A stretch of 42,233 nt of DNA, taken from sequence record SRR22947725_1500; one strand, given 5' to 3'. This document shows, piece by piece, positions 26,651-38,044 of this stretch. Under the pieces are notes generated by a model. That model was given only the letters and a program-made list of their open reading frames with translations, was not told where the DNA came from and ran no database searches. The first letter of the stretch is position 1, and the number at the start of each line of letters is the position of its first letter. The position numbers and the translations under genes are program-made.

Positions 26651-28894
26651 TTAGTCAATAGCATCAATTCCCAAGGCTTTTCCATGAACCCCAGGTACAG
26701 TCAAACCTTTTCTAGCGCGATGACTTGTAAAATTGACTAAATCACTGAAAAAGTATTGTTTATGTTTTTTACCATTACCATACTCTACCCTTAATTTTTG
26801 ATGTTCTTTAATTATGCATAAACCTATTAGGAACTCTTCTTTAGCAATAAAGTCATCAGTTTTAATATTGATTAACTTATTACCTTTTCCTTTAGAAAGC
26901 TGAGGAAGTTCAGAAACTGGAAAAATTAGTAATCTTGCTCTATTGGTAATGACTGCTAAATAATCAGACTCAAGATTCTGAACTTTTGTAAGTCTCATCG
27001 TTTTAGCCTCTTTAGAGAGTGTTATTGCATGTTTTCCAGATTTGGTCTTAGATTGCAAATCACCAAAAGTTGATATAAAGCCATATCCTGCATCTGATGA
27101 AAGAATAACTAACTGCTCATCATCTCCCATCACAACATCAATAAATTCAGCTCCAATTGGAGGCGTCAACCTTCCCGTTAAGGGCTCCCCTTGGCCTCTT
27201 GCACTGGGAAGAGAGTTGGCTAATAAAGTATATGACCTACCTGAAGAGTCTATAAAGAATGCCATTTTATTACTTCTACCTTTTGCATCCTTTAAGAATG
27301 CGTCACCAGATTTATAGTTTAATGCTGAAGAATCAATCTCGTGACCTTTAGCAGCTTTTACCCAGCCCTTCTCACTCAGAACAACAGTAACATTTTCAGC
27401 TGGCAACATATCTTGATCATTAAACGCCCGTGCAGATATCACATCGGATACAATTTGACATCGCCTCTTGTCACCAAACTCTTCAAGAATGACGCGTAAC
27501 TCTTTTTTGATGTATGTTTTTAATCTTGTTTCACTGGAGAGAAGAAGTTCAATTGATTTACGTTCCTTTTCAAGCTCATCTGCCTCACTCTTGATTTTTA
27601 CCTCTTCAAGTTTAGCTAAATGACGTAACTTTAACTCTAAGATTGCCTCAGCCTGAATTTCACTAATTTTAAATTTTTTAATTAAAACAGGCTTTGGTTT
27701 TTCTTCACTCCTAATAATAGCTATTACCTCATCAATATTAAGGTAGGCAACTAATAATCCTTCTAAAATATGAAGTCGATCTAAAATTTTATTTAGTCTG
27801 GAATTAAGCCTATTAACAACAACCTGCATCCTAAATTGAAGCCATTCCTTAAGTAATGGAATCAGAGGTTTAACTTGTGGTTTTCCGTCTAGACCAATGA
27901 CGTTCATGTTGACCCGATAATTTTTTTCTAGGTCTGTGGTGGCAAAAAGATGAAGCATTAATTGGTCACAATCAACCCTATTCGACCTAGGAACAATAAC
28001 TATTCGTGTTGGATTTTCATGATCTGACTCATCTCTTAGATCATCTACTAGAGGGAGCTTTTTATTTCTCATCTGAGTAGCTATTTGTGTAATCACTTTT
28101 GCACCTGAGGTTTGATATGGCAAGGCTTCAATTACTATCTCACCATCCTCTTTAATATAGCTCGCTCTCATTTTAACCGAACCATGACCCGTCTCATACA
28201 TTTGATGAAGCTCTTCTTTCGAGCTCACTATAAATGCATTTGTTGGATAGTCTGGTGCTGGTAGAATTTTTAATAAGTCATCTAAATCAGTTGAAGGCTT
28301 TTCTAGAAGCTGGATGCAAGCACTTATAACCTCTATTAAGTTATGTGGAGGCATATCAGTAGCCATTCCAACAGCGATTCCAGAAGTACCATTCAGCAAT
28401 AAATTTGGAACTTGTGCAGGCAGTTGCTGAGGCTCTTTAATAGTTCCATCAAAATTATCAGTCCAACTCACAGTTCCTTGATTTATCTCACTGAGAAGTA
28501 AATCTGCATACGGGGATAATTTTGATTCAGTGTAGCGCATTGCTGCAAAAGATTTAGGATCATCTGGAGCACCCCAGTTACCTTGCCCATCAATAAATGG
28601 ATAACGATAAGAAAATGGTTGCGCCATGAGGACCATTGCCTCGTAACAAGCACTGTCACCATGAGGGTGGAATTTACCTAAAACATCACCAACTGTTCTA
28701 GCAGATTTTTTAAACTTAGCAGTTGACTTAAGACCGAGTTCGCTCATCGCATAGATGATTCTTCTTTGAACTGGTTTTAGTCCATCACCAACAAATGGAA
28801 GTGCACGATCAAGAATGACATACATTGAGTAATCAAGGTAAGCGCGCTCACTGTATTCCCCAACGCTTTGTTGCTCAATGCCGTTTTGGCTCAT
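26651..28894 (-). CDS. parC: DNA topoisomerase IV subunit A
   Basis: [36 protein letters not shown] and [10 protein letters not shown]; no GyrA box; 747 aa. Confidence 0.97.
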   Translation of the reverse strand: MSQNGIEQQSVGEYSERAYLDYSMYVILDRALPFVGDGLKPVQRRIIYAMSELGLKSTAKFKKSARTVGDVLGKFHPHGDSACYEAMVLMAQPFSYRYPFIDGQGNWGAPDDPKSFAAMRYTESKLSPYADLLLSEINQGTVSWTDNFDGTIKEPQQLPAQVPNLLLNGTSGIAVGMATDMPPHNLIEVISACIQLLEKPSTDLDDLLKILPAPDYPTNAFIVSSKEELHQMYETGHGSVKMRASYIKEDGEIVIEALPYQTSGAKVITQIATQMRNKKLPLVDDLRDESDHENPTRIVIVPRSNRVDCDQLMLHLFATTDLEKNYRVNMNVIGLDGKPQVKPLIPLLKEWLQFRMQVVVNRLNSRLNKILDRLHILEGLLVAYLNIDEVIAIIRSEEKPKPVLIKKFKISEIQAEAILELKLRHLAKLEEVKIKSEADELEKERKSIELLLSSETRLKTYIKKELRVILEEFGDKRRCQIVSDVISARAFNDQDMLPAENVTVVLSEKGWVKAAKGHEIDSSALNYKSGDAFLKDAKGRSNKMAFFIDSSGRSYTLLANSLPSARGQGEPLTGRLTPPIGAEFIDVVMGDDEQLVILSSDAGYGFISTFGDLQSKTKSGKHAITLSKEAKTMRLTKVQNLESDYLAVITNRARLLIFPVSELPQLSKGKGNKLINIKTDDFIAKEEFLIGLCIIKEHQKLRVEYGNGKKHKQYFFSDLVNFTSHRARKGLTVPGVHGKALGIDAID

Positions 28895-29002
28895 TGTTTT
28901 CCTAAAAAAATAAAATCTGAATTCAAAAAAATATTTGAATGAAGGATATTTTAATTCAACTCAACATGCAGGAATCATTAATTAATAACTTCTATGCTCA
29001 AA

Positions 29003-29341
29003 TTACCCAGGAGGCCATGTCATTTGTCGGCCAGCCAAACAATGCAGATGAATATGTGAAACCGTCTGACCTCCATCACTATTACAATTCATCACTAATC
29101 TGTAGCCATTCTCTGAGAATTTGTGCTCTTTAGCAATATTGGCTGCTGTGATACTAAGCCTTCCCATTAAAGCCTCATCAGTTGCGTCATTTGCTGAAGA
29201 GATATGCTCTTTAGGAATCACTAAAAAATGCTCAGGCGCCTGAGCATTGACATCTTTGAAGGCCAGGACTCTCTCATCTTCATAAAGAATCTCAGCTGGG
29301 ATATTCCCTTTAATGATTAAACAAAAAATACAATCTTCCAT
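29003..29341 (-). CDS. hinT: Histidine triad nucleotide-binding protein
   Basis: DCIFC, GGQTVSHIHLH and C-terminal WPPG. Confidence 0.93.
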   Translation of the reverse strand: MEDCIFCLIIKGNIPAEILYEDERVLAFKDVNAQAPEHFLVIPKEHISSANDATDEALMGRLSITAANIAKEHKFSENGYRLVMNCNSDGGQTVSHIHLHCLAGRQMTWPPG

Positions 29342-29429
29342 AATCTGATTTTATATCTTTCAAATATTGATATAAACAAATTCTAGCAGAACATATAATT
29401 ATTAAAAAAATTAACTAAGGAATAACAAT

Positions 29430-30011
29430 ATGCTTTCAACCGATAGTACAGATATCCTCTTTTCAAAAGCTCGAAGTCATAAGGAATGGCTTGATCAAGA
29501 TATTAATGATAATCAAATTCAGCAGATATATAATTTATTAAAGTTTGCGCCTACCTCTGGAAACTGCTGCCCTGCTCGCTTTACATTCGTGAGAAGTGAA
29601 GAATCAAAACAAAAAATGCTGCCTTCATTAGACCAAGGAAATATAGATAAGGTTATGAGTGCCCCTTGCGTTGTAATTATTAGTTACGATACAAAATTTT
29701 ATGAATCGCTCTCAATCCTTTCTCCACATAATGATGCAAAAGCCTCCTTTGAAGGCAAAGAGAAGAAAATAAAAAATACGGCTGAGTTTAACTCTTCACT
29801 TCAGGGGGCATATTTTATTATGGCAACCAGATCAGTTGGATTAGATTGCTGCCCAATGCTTGGATTTAGTAAAGAGAGGTTAAACCAAGACTTCTTTCCC
29901 GATGGAAAAAATAAGGCCGTCTTTATCTGTGGAATTGGCTATGGCGATCACTCAAAACTCTTCAATAGAGCCCCAAGACTTGAATTTAATTTAGCTTGCA
30001 GCGTTATATAA
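29430..30011 (+). CDS. rutE: Nitroreductase family, RutE/YcdI-like (putative malonic semialdehyde reductase)
   Basis: LFSKARSH, APTSGNCCPARF, NSSLQGAYFI, GLDCCPMLGF and RAPRLEF. Confidence 0.8.
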   Translation: MLSTDSTDILFSKARSHKEWLDQDINDNQIQQIYNLLKFAPTSGNCCPARFTFVRSEESKQKMLPSLDQGNIDKVMSAPCVVIISYDTKFYESLSILSPHNDAKASFEGKEKKIKNTAEFNSSLQGAYFIMATRSVGLDCCPMLGFSKERLNQDFFPDGKNKAVFICGIGYGDHSKLFNRAPRLEFNLACSVI

Positions 30012-30017
30012 TAAGGA

Positions 30018-30524
30018 TTACCAATACTTTGGATAACTTCGAGTTTCAGAAATATTATTATAAAAGAGTGCTACTAATACAATTAGCACAGAGCCAAACA
30101 GCGTTGGCATCCATAAGTAATCCCAGTTTGCACCAAGTAAAAATACAATAAAGGGGTTAGAGCCTGCGGGTGGATGAGAGATTCTTAAGATCTGCATAAG
30201 GGCTATAGCAATAGCTAGAGCGATTGCCATACTCCACCAGTCTGAACTGACCAAATGAAAGAAAATAAGGCCGACAAGTGTTGTTACAAAATGGCCAAGT
30301 ATAACATTCCTTGGTTGGGCAAACGGAGACTCAGGAAGAACAAATAGTACAAAGATAGATGCACCAAATGAACCCATAATTATTGGATAGCTGGTTGAGA
30401 ATGCTAAAAAACCAATAACACATGCAGCTAAAAAAGCGCCGAAAGAAATAAAGCTAATTTCTTTAAGGGGTGGTCGAGGTGGAATTGGAGCAGGAGAGCC
30501 TTTAAGTTTAGTAAGGTAAGACAC
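30018..30524 (-). CDS. HPP family membrane protein
   Basis: SFGAS, PFAQPRNVILGH and SHPPAG; 5 hydrophobic segments; GTG start. Confidence 0.9.
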   Translation of the reverse strand: MSYLTKLKGSPAPIPPRPPLKEISFISFGAFLAACVIGFLAFSTSYPIIMGSFGASIFVLFVLPESPFAQPRNVILGHFVTTLVGLIFFHLVSSDWWSMAIALAIAIALMQILRISHPPAGSNPFIVFLLGANWDYLWMPTLFGSVLIVLVALFYNNISETRSYPKYW

Positions 30525-30584
30525 AGTTATTGATTCAAAGTAATAATGCTCTAAGTATAAACTAAATTATTTTTTGAACGAGTC

Positions 30585-31493
30585 TCAAGAAGGCTCAATC
30601 AACTTATTTGTAAAGTATTTTTGTAAAATCAGTCCAGCACAAATAATAATCAGCCCAAAGAAAGTAGATGCTAATATTTTCTCACCAAGAACTATGTAAA
30701 GAATGACAAGAGACATAAATGGAGTAATAAAGACTAGACTAGCAACTCTAGAAACAGTCGTCGAAATTTTTAAAGCTGACTGCCATAAGACAACACTAAT
30801 GCCCATCTCAAATAAGCCTATATATATCGATCCCATGAGCCCCTCAATTGATGGAATGGCAAAAGAATTTGTAAAGTGTACAACCAACAAAATCAACGGC
30901 ATGCTAAATAAAAATATTAGAAAAATGCTTACTACAGGATCATTCTTATTTTTAGTATTAAAAAGCCAAAATAGTGACCATATCACAGTACTTAATAGCA
31001 TATAGAAAACTCCTTCAGGACTGTTAAAACTGAGTGAAAAAAACTCTCCGCCGGTTGCAATTGCAATGACACCAATATAACAAAGTATGATTGATAAAAA
31101 AGATTTAATATCGATAGTCTGCTTGAGTATGGGTATTGAAAGAATAACCATCATGACTGGCCAGCTAAAATTAATTACCATAGCTTCTTGTGCGGGTAAA
31201 GCATCATAACCCTTAAACAAAATAATGTAATAAAGGCAAGGGTTCAAAAGCCCAAGGAAAGCGCACCTTATTAAGTCACTAGTTGAAAAGGTTTTTATTA
31301 ATTTAATCTTACCTTGGCCAATCACAATTATAAATAAAATAAATATTGAGAATAATGTCGAGTATAGGACTAATTGAATTGGCTCCAAGTGCTCTAAAGA
31401 AAGCTTAAATGCACTAGCAACTGTTGACCAGAAAAAAATTGCAATTCCAGCAAAAAGATACGCTTTATTTTGATTATTTAAACTTGCAAACAT
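30585..31493 (-). CDS. EamA/DMT family transporter
   Basis: About 10 TM segments; WSTVASAFK, LPAQEA and FITPF. Confidence 0.88.
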   Translation of the reverse strand: MFASLNNQNKAYLFAGIAIFFWSTVASAFKLSLEHLEPIQLVLYSTLFSIFILFIIVIGQGKIKLIKTFSTSDLIRCAFLGLLNPCLYYIILFKGYDALPAQEAMVINFSWPVMMVILSIPILKQTIDIKSFLSIILCYIGVIAIATGGEFFSLSFNSPEGVFYMLLSTVIWSLFWLFNTKNKNDPVVSIFLIFLFSMPLILLVVHFTNSFAIPSIEGLMGSIYIGLFEMGISVVLWQSALKISTTVSRVASLVFITPFMSLVILYIVLGEKILASTFFGLIIICAGLILQKYFTNKLIEPS

Positions 31494-31502
31494 TCTTATT
31501 AT

Positions 31503-32135
31503 CTAAATCACTTGATAGAGGCAGAGTTGACATGTAACACCCTCTTTGACATTATATTCTTTAGTCTTATGGACGACCTGATGCCACAAGTTAGAATTTT
31601 CAAGTTTATTAATTATTTCTTTGTAAGGTGACGCTTCCCATTCTTGTTTTCTAACTGTAAAACAAATATACCCGCCTTTTTTTGTTATTCTTACCATCTC
31701 TAGAAGGGCTTTAGGGCCTACATGACCACAAGTAAAGGTTCCAGCACATATAATCGAATCAAATAAATTATCCTCATAGTCAAGATTCTTGGTTAAATCT
31801 ACTAATCTTAATGATTGATAAACTTGTTTTTGTTTTGCCTCATCCAGCATCTCCTGAGAAAAATCAATCCCCTCTAAATTTTTATAGTTGTTCTCACTTA
31901 ATATTTCTCCAACAAGACCTGTGCCACAGCCAGCATCAAGAATCTTCGCTTTTTTATTTTTGATTTTTGATAGTATTAGACTAGACGTAATTAAATGACC
32001 AACATAACCTGCTAACTCAACAACATCATGGTCGTAATTTGATGCCCATTTTTTATAAATACCTTCTAACTCTTCTGAATCAGCAGCATGCAATGTTTGA
32101 TAAATTGTAGAGATCATGCTCTTTGTATTTTTCAT
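31503..32135 (-). CDS. Class I SAM-dependent methyltransferase (WBSCR27/METTL27-like)
   Basis: YKKWASNYD, ILDAGCGTGLVG, GIDFSQEML and GTFTCGHV. Confidence 0.85.
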   Translation of the reverse strand: MKNTKSMISTIYQTLHAADSEELEGIYKKWASNYDHDVVELAGYVGHLITSSLILSKIKNKKAKILDAGCGTGLVGEILSENNYKNLEGIDFSQEMLDEAKQKQVYQSLRLVDLTKNLDYEDNLFDSIICAGTFTCGHVGPKALLEMVRITKKGGYICFTVRKQEWEASPYKEIINKLENSNLWHQVVHKTKEYNVKEGVTCQLCLYQVI

Positions 32136-32161
32136 TATTCATTAAAATGATTAATAATGGA

Positions 32162-33025
32162 TTATTTATTCTTAACTAAGGCATAACTATATATTATAAG
32201 TCCTGCCCAAACTCCAACAAAACCTATTAACTGGTTTGAATTGACAGCCTCGTTTTGTAAATAATAGCCTATAAGAAATTGAATTGTTGGTGTTATCAAA
32301 AACAAAATCCCTACCGTCGTCAAAGGTAATAACTTAGTTCCTGCCGTAAATAAAGCCAATGGCACAACTGTTACAGCACCTGCTAAAAATAAAAGAATAT
32401 CTGTCGAAATATTTATATTAAAAAAAGCAATATCGTAATTTATATAAAACCATAATGAGAATATTAATAGAAAAGGAAGTAGTATCAATGTTTCAATATA
32501 AAGCCCAGGTACTGCTGATGAAGCCATCGCTTTTCTTGCAATTCCATAAGCAGAAAATGTAAAGCCTACTAAGAAACCTAGCCAAGGAAATGAGTCTCCA
32601 CTAAATACATAATATAAAGCACCAACTGTAGCAAAGAATACAGCTAGTTGTTTTAATTTAGAAATTCTCTCGTGAAAGAAAATATAACCGCCTATCATGT
32701 TTATAACGGGTGATAAAAAATAACCCATAGAAGCCTCTACAACTCGACCTAAGTTAACTGCATAAATATAGCCGCCCCAGTTAATTGTTATAAGAATTGC
32801 AGTTATAAATAACAAGACTAATTCCTTTTTTGAGGATAAAGACTCCTTAAAATTGGATTTCCATGAGGTTTTAAAATGAACTAAAAGAAATAAAACTGGA
32901 ACAGCCCATAGCATTCTATGAATAAGAACTTCAGAGGGATTAACATGGTTGAGCAAGGCCCAATAAAGGGGGAAGCAACCCCACATTAGGTATCCTGAGA
33001 GAACAAAAAGAATGCCTTTATTCAT
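32162..33025 (-). CDS. rarD: RarD-family EamA transporter
   Basis: YLMWGCFPLYW, HRMLW, NWGGYIYAV, VEASMGYF and PTIQF. Confidence 0.9.
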   Translation of the reverse strand: MNKGILFVLSGYLMWGCFPLYWALLNHVNPSEVLIHRMLWAVPVLFLLVHFKTSWKSNFKESLSSKKELVLLFITAILITINWGGYIYAVNLGRVVEASMGYFLSPVINMIGGYIFFHERISKLKQLAVFFATVGALYYVFSGDSFPWLGFLVGFTFSAYGIARKAMASSAVPGLYIETLILLPFLLIFSLWFYINYDIAFFNINISTDILLFLAGAVTVVPLALFTAGTKLLPLTTVGILFLITPTIQFLIGYYLQNEAVNSNQLIGFVGVWAGLIIYSYALVKNK

Positions 33026-33082
33026 TGGACTAAAAGCAAAAGATAAAAGACTTATTGTAGACTAAATAGTCCCTATTTGCTT

Positions 33083-33442
33083 TTAATGTTTATAGTAATC
33101 TTTTTCAAAACTTGTATTGCTTAGAGTGTCACTCTCACTCGTTTTGTCATTTATTTCATTCAAGTTTTCATTGATACGAAACAGAATGACAACCATTTCA
33201 CAAGCCACTCTAGAAGCTAGAGAACCGCCTACAACCCAGACTAGCCCCCTCCAAAAATCACCTTCAAGAAAAATATCTCCTAATCCTTTAGTGATGAAAG
33301 CAAATAAAAGTATCCAATAGAACAGCGTAATAAGCTTAGGAGTAACCATTTCATCCAGATAAAACATGTAATGATTATCTAGCTTTTCAGTTGTTAACTT
33401 AAAAGCTTTTTTAATACTATCTAAAATTTCATTGTTATTCAT
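33083..33442 (-). CDS. DUF4282-like small membrane protein
   Basis: DEMVTPKLITLFYW and RVACEMVVILFRINENL; two TM segments. Confidence 0.7.
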   Translation of the reverse strand: MNNNEILDSIKKAFKLTTEKLDNHYMFYLDEMVTPKLITLFYWILLFAFITKGLGDIFLEGDFWRGLVWVVGGSLASRVACEMVVILFRINENLNEINDKTSESDTLSNTSFEKDYYKH

Positions 33443-33540
33443 TTAGACCACCTTTATTTTCTTGTAACTTACTTTATTATAATGTTAATGAATTCAAAAG
33501 TTTTATATTCCTGATTTATGAAGTGAAACTATTAGTTTAT

Positions 33541-33571
33541 AAAAAAAAAGCCCATCCTAAGATGGGCTTTT
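33541..33571 (-). terminator. Intrinsic terminator after the Liv-type substrate-binding protein gene
   Basis: AAAAGCCCATC-CTAA-GATGGGCTTTT; on the minus strand the stem is followed by T9. Confidence 0.88.
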
Positions 33572-33588
33572 CATAGAAATCAGATCTT

Positions 33589-34773
33589 TTATTTGTGGAT
33601 CTTCACATCAGTGAATGCGCCACCAATAACTTCACGCTCTGCATATGAACCATTTGCAGTTCCACCAGCGTCCATCTCAACGCCAGTAGCGCCAACATAG
33701 TCAACTGGAAGACCACCTGAAATCATTTTCAAGCACTCTGCAAGCTTTCCTGCATGGCATTCTGTACCTGGTGCATTAGCAACATTTAATACTTGAGCCT
33801 TAATAGCCGCTCTGTCAGTTGAACGTGCAGCTTGTGATGCTAAGATAATTAACGCCATAGCATCGTATGACTCAGCAGAGTAAACACCTGAACCATCAAC
33901 GCCGCCTGCAGCAGCAACAGCTTTCCAGTTTGTGCCTAAAGCAGCATCTGGAGATGGTAAAGTACCCCATGAACCATCACCAACAGCAGCTGAAGTCACG
34001 TCACTGATCATTCCATCACCAAATACATAGTCACTGAAAGCACCAGTATCTTCTGATGCAGCAATAATTCCTCTACCACCAGTATCAGCATAACCTAAAA
34101 TAGCTAATGTAGCTGAGCCACCTGCAGATAGTGCAGCAACGTCAGCCGAATAGTCAGCTTTATCATCATCATGTCCAGCCATAACAGTTACCGTTCCACC
34201 CATCGCTTCATAAGCAGTAACAAATGCATCCGCTAAACCTTTACCATAGTCACTGTTTGAGTGAGTTACAGCCATATCAGTTTGGCCTCTAGACATTGCA
34301 ATACTTGCAAGTACTGGCCCTTGTCTAGCATCCGATGGTGCAGTTCTAAAGAACCATCCACCATCTTCAAGAGTAGTTAATGCAGGTGACGTAGCTGATG
34401 GTGAAATTGAAACGATACCATTAGGTACTAATACATTAGTAATAACTGCACCAGTGTTACCTGAACAGTTAGGACCCATAATAGCCATAACATTATCATC
34501 ATTTACCATTTTTTCAGCTTGTGCAATTGCAACCGCTGCGTCGATACAAACTGAGTCGCCCTGAACTACATTGATTGTTCCTTGCAAGTAGGTGCCAGAT
34601 GCGTTTACCTCAGTTACAGCAAGGTTTGCACCACCCGACATTGCACCGATCATAGATTCAAGAGGACCTGTAAATCCTTGAAGCTCTCCTACGTTGACAG
34701 TAGCACCATATGATGCAGTTGCCATCGTTGCTGACAATACTACGCCAGCTGTTGTCTTTAAATAACTTTTCAT
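33589..34773 (-). CDS. Branched-chain amino acid (Liv/HAAT family) ABC substrate-binding protein
   Basis: Likely start MKSYLK at 34773 with AGGAGA RBS and signal peptide; GFTGPLES, ISPSATSPAL, FFRTAPSDARQG and DYGKGLA. Confidence 0.88.
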   Translation of the reverse strand: MKSYLKTTAGVVLSATMATASYGATVNVGELQGFTGPLESMIGAMSGGANLAVTEVNASGTYLQGTINVVQGDSVCIDAAVAIAQAEKMVNDDNVMAIMGPNCSGNTGAVITNVLVPNGIVSISPSATSPALTTLEDGGWFFRTAPSDARQGPVLASIAMSRGQTDMAVTHSNSDYGKGLADAFVTAYEAMGGTVTVMAGHDDDKADYSADVAALSAGGSATLAILGYADTGGRGIIAASEDTGAFSDYVFGDGMISDVTSAAVGDGSWGTLPSPDAALGTNWKAVAAAGGVDGSGVYSAESYDAMALIILASQAARSTDRAAIKAQVLNVANAPGTECHAGKLAECLKMISGGLPVDYVGATGVEMDAGGTANGSYAEREVIGGAFTDVKIHK

Positions 34774-34938
34774 TTTGTCTCCTAATATAAAAAAAAGATT
34801 CCCTAGGCTCAATATTAAATTAAGACGTATTTCCTAAGGGATTCACCCGTAATGATAAACAGTTTCCTGTAGTTTGTGTTGAAAATATGTGAAAAAAAAC
34901 TCAATAAAAGGCTAATCTAGCAACCATTTACAGCGAAA

Positions 34939-36312
34939 TTAGAGTTCTTTATTTTTCTCAGGTAAAAGACCACTGGGTGAAAATCTCATTATAAGAAGTA
35001 GTATCGCTCCCATAAAGACTAGTCTAAGATAGTGCACTCGGTCTTCAATAAATTCTAAAGATGTGCTCCCTTCTGACATATTATTACTTAGCATTTCAAC
35101 AAACCAAAGCCCCATAGGACCTGATTGAATCCATATAAACCAGATGATAAATGCGCCTAAAACAGAGCCCATATTATTCCCTGAACCGCCAAGTATGACC
35201 ATCACCCAGATTAAAAATGTAAATCTGAGGGGTAGATATGCAGTTGGTATAAATATTCCATCATAGGTAACCAATAAAGCCCCAGCTATTCCTACAATTG
35301 CAGAACCAAGAACAAAAATTTGAAGATGCTGACGCTTAATGTCTTTTCCCATTGCTGAGGCTGCCACCTCATTGTCTCGGATTGCCCTTACTTTTCTGCC
35401 CCAAGGAGAATTTAAAGCAAGATTAGAAAGAACTATGAGTGCAACCAAAATGGCAATAAATAAACCTGAATAACAAAGTTTGACAAAAACAACAGCTGCT
35501 TCTCTGACATAATCACTTAGCTTATCAATTTGTTCTGTTCGAGAAAGCAATTGAAGCTCTGATTTATGAATCCAAGTAACTACATTTTGAAACCATTCAG
35601 ATTGTTGCATATCAACTTCATAGGGGACTGGTCTTGGAAGTCCATAAACATTTTTAAGGCCTCTCACAAACCAATCTTCATTTTTAATAACATACAAAAT
35701 AATTTCAGAAATACCCAGAGTTGCAATGGCAAGATAATCAGTCCTTAAACCTAAAGTGATCTTTCCAACCCACCAGGCTGCTCCAGCCGCAATGACTCCC
35801 CCTACTATCCATGAAAAAGCAATTGGAAGCCCAAATCCGCCCAAGTAGCCTGTAATTGCAGGGTCTACTTTTTCAATAATATCTGCAGCTTCAGAGAAAT
35901 AATATCTTGTGAAAAGATAGCCAGTAACCACAATCGCAGCTATTAGCCATTTATTCACGCCTCTTCGATTGAGCAGTATTCCTGCAGTAATAGTTGCTGC
36001 TCCCATAATTAAAGCAATAAGCATTTTAATACCGCCAGCGTCAACCGCCTCAGTAACTGGCTGCTGAGCAATTAAAACGACACTGACGCCTCCTAGTGCC
36101 GCGAAGCCCATAATTCCTACATTCATTAAACCTGCATAACCCCATTGAATATTGACACCTAGAGCCATTATGGCTGATATTAATGACATATTTATTATGC
36201 CAAGAGCTAGTGCCCAAGACTGGTTTAAACCCACAAATAAAAGCACCAATGCCATTATTGTGAAGTAGACAATGGCTTTATTCGCCTGAAACAAAGTATT
36301 CATATTATTCAC
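34939..36312 (-). CDS. livM: Liv-type ABC permease (LivM-like)
   Basis: NIQWGYAGL, GLRTDYLAIATLG, SPWGR..RAIRDNE and ILGGSGNN; alternative ATG at 36303. Confidence 0.85.
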   Translation of the reverse strand: MNNMNTLFQANKAIVYFTIMALVLLFVGLNQSWALALGIINMSLISAIMALGVNIQWGYAGLMNVGIMGFAALGGVSVVLIAQQPVTEAVDAGGIKMLIALIMGAATITAGILLNRRGVNKWLIAAIVVTGYLFTRYYFSEAADIIEKVDPAITGYLGGFGLPIAFSWIVGGVIAAGAAWWVGKITLGLRTDYLAIATLGISEIILYVIKNEDWFVRGLKNVYGLPRPVPYEVDMQQSEWFQNVVTWIHKSELQLLSRTEQIDKLSDYVREAAVVFVKLCYSGLFIAILVALIVLSNLALNSPWGRKVRAIRDNEVAASAMGKDIKRQHLQIFVLGSAIVGIAGALLVTYDGIFIPTAYLPLRFTFLIWVMVILGGSGNNMGSVLGAFIIWFIWIQSGPMGLWFVEMLSNNMSEGSTSLEFIEDRVHYLRLVFMGAILLLIMRFSPSGLLPEKNKEL

Positions 36313-37339
36313 CGTCTATCACCTTACCTTTAAATATTCCTGTAGGCCTTATTAAAAGAACAATCACCAAAATAACAAAGGATATTGCGTATTTGTATTC
36401 TGTTCCAATGAGCTGAACAAGTGAGCTCGGATGCATAGAGAGTGGCAGTAAATATATTAAAAATTTCTTATAAGCATAAGTAAGCAGTATCTCAGAAAAT
36501 GCAACCAAAAATGCTCCCGCAATTGCCCCAATGGGTGAACCAATACCTCCTACAATCACTGAGGCAAAAATTGGTAAAAGCAACAAATGATACTGTTGAG
36601 GGGCAAAGCCTTTATCAAGTCCATAAAGCGTTCCAGCAATTGTTGTAAAAAGGGCAACAAGTAGCCAGGTTATTTGAACGACTTTATCTGGATCAATACC
36701 AGAGAGAAGAGCTAACTCTGTATTATCAGAATAAGCTCGCATGGCTTTTCCAGTTTTTGTTTTTTGTAAAAAATAGAATAGAAAAGCAACCAACAATATG
36801 GCAAGAGTTATAGTTAAAAATTGAGATGTTTTAAATGCAATCCCCTGTTCAAGTCCAGTAAAGGCTTTGAATTCTCTAACAGAAAAAATAAATCGCTCAC
36901 CATCCCCAAATCTTTGTGCAGAGGCGCCTAATATAAATCTTACGATACCACCAGTGACAAACATCACACCAATTGATGCAGTAATACCAACAATATTTTG
37001 CTTGGCCTTAATTTTTCTATAATGTCTGTAGACCAGCCTGTCCATAGTAAGTAGGTAAATTGACATACCAATTAAAGCCAATGGAATTGCCAAAATAGCG
37101 GTAGGAAATCCTGTTATGGTCCAACCTTTGCTAATCATATAACCACTAATTAGAATAACAAGCATCGTTCCAAAAGCCATGCTATCGCCCTGTGCAAAGT
37201 TGGAAAACCTCAAAATTGAATATACTAAGGTCACTGCAAGAGCACCAAGCGCCAACTGAGAGCCATATGATAAAGCAGGAAGAATGACAAAATTTGTCAT
37301 TAGGGCGAAAGCATTAATTATATCGATTGAATCTGACAT
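36305..37339 (-). CDS. livH: Liv-type ABC permease (LivH-like)
   Basis: TLVYSILRFSNFAQGD, GKAMRAYSDN.ELA.LSGI, VIVGGIGS and RPTGIF. Confidence 0.85.
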   Translation of the reverse strand: MSDSIDIINAFALMTNFVILPALSYGSQLALGALAVTLVYSILRFSNFAQGDSMAFGTMLVILISGYMISKGWTITGFPTAILAIPLALIGMSIYLLTMDRLVYRHYRKIKAKQNIVGITASIGVMFVTGGIVRFILGASAQRFGDGERFIFSVREFKAFTGLEQGIAFKTSQFLTITLAILLVAFLFYFLQKTKTGKAMRAYSDNTELALLSGIDPDKVVQITWLLVALFTTIAGTLYGLDKGFAPQQYHLLLLPIFASVIVGGIGSPIGAIAGAFLVAFSEILLTYAYKKFLIYLLPLSMHPSSLVQLIGTEYKYAISFVILVIVLLIRPTGIFKGKVIDGE

Positions 37340-38044
37340 CTATCCCCCCAAAAATTTCTTTCGAACTTCGCGATCATTGATAAGTTCCTTTCCAGTTCCA
37401 GTATGTTCATTGCGTCCAGAGACAAGAACAAAGCCCTTATCCGCAATATTCAATGCTTGCTGGGCATTCTGCTCAACCATTAAAACGGCCATTCCAGCAT
37501 TTCTCACATCCAATATGTTCGAAAAAATTTCATCCATGACAATAGGAGAAACACCTGCAGTTGGTTCATCTAGGAGCATTACTGATGGTTTGGTCATCAT
37601 AGCCCTACCAAAGGCAACCTGTTGTCTTTGGCCACCTGACAACTGGACAGCTAGTTGTTTACGTTTTTCATAAAGTATTGGAAACAATTCATAGACCTCT
37701 TGAATCGTTTTAGTGATGTCATCTTTCCTAATAAAACCGCCCATTTCAAGGTTTTCCTCAACTGTCATAGATGGAAAAACATTTTTTGTTTGGGGGACGA
37801 ATGCTAAACCCATACCGATTCTATCCTGAGTAGAAAGCATAGAAATATCTTCACCATCAAGTGTCACTGAGCCTGAAGTTGCATCTAACATTCCTAAAAG
37901 AACCCTCATAACAGTCGATTTACCCGCTCCATTTGGGCCAACAATGACTGCCAATTCACCCTTTTCAACTTCAACAGAACACTCATGAAGAATTGGAACA
38001 ACGCCATAAGAAGCAACCAGATTTTTACCTTCAAGATAAGCCAT
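37340..38044 (-). CDS. livF: Liv-type ABC ATPase (LivF-like)
   Basis: GPNGAGKST, LSGGQRQ, LLDEPTAG and MVEQNA. Confidence 0.88.
   Translation of the reverse strand: MAYLEGKNLVASYGVVPILHECSVEVEKGELAVIVGPNGAGKSTVMRVLLGMLDATSGSVTLDGEDISMLSTQDRIGMGLAFVPQTKNVFPSMTVEENLEMGGFIRKDDITKTIQEVYELFPILYEKRKQLAVQLSGGQRQQVAFGRAMMTKPSVMLLDEPTAGVSPIVMDEIFSNILDVRNAGMAVLMVEQNAQQALNIADKGFVLVSGRNEHTGTGKELINDREVRKKFLGG

Noticed and set aside
28939-29133. 64-aa plus-strand ORF starting in the parC/hinT gap
   Set aside because: Mostly antisense to hinT, no family features and no convincing RBS.
34774-34812. Upstream TTG start for the Liv-type binding protein
   Set aside because: ATG at 34773 has an AGGAGA RBS and a proper signal peptide.
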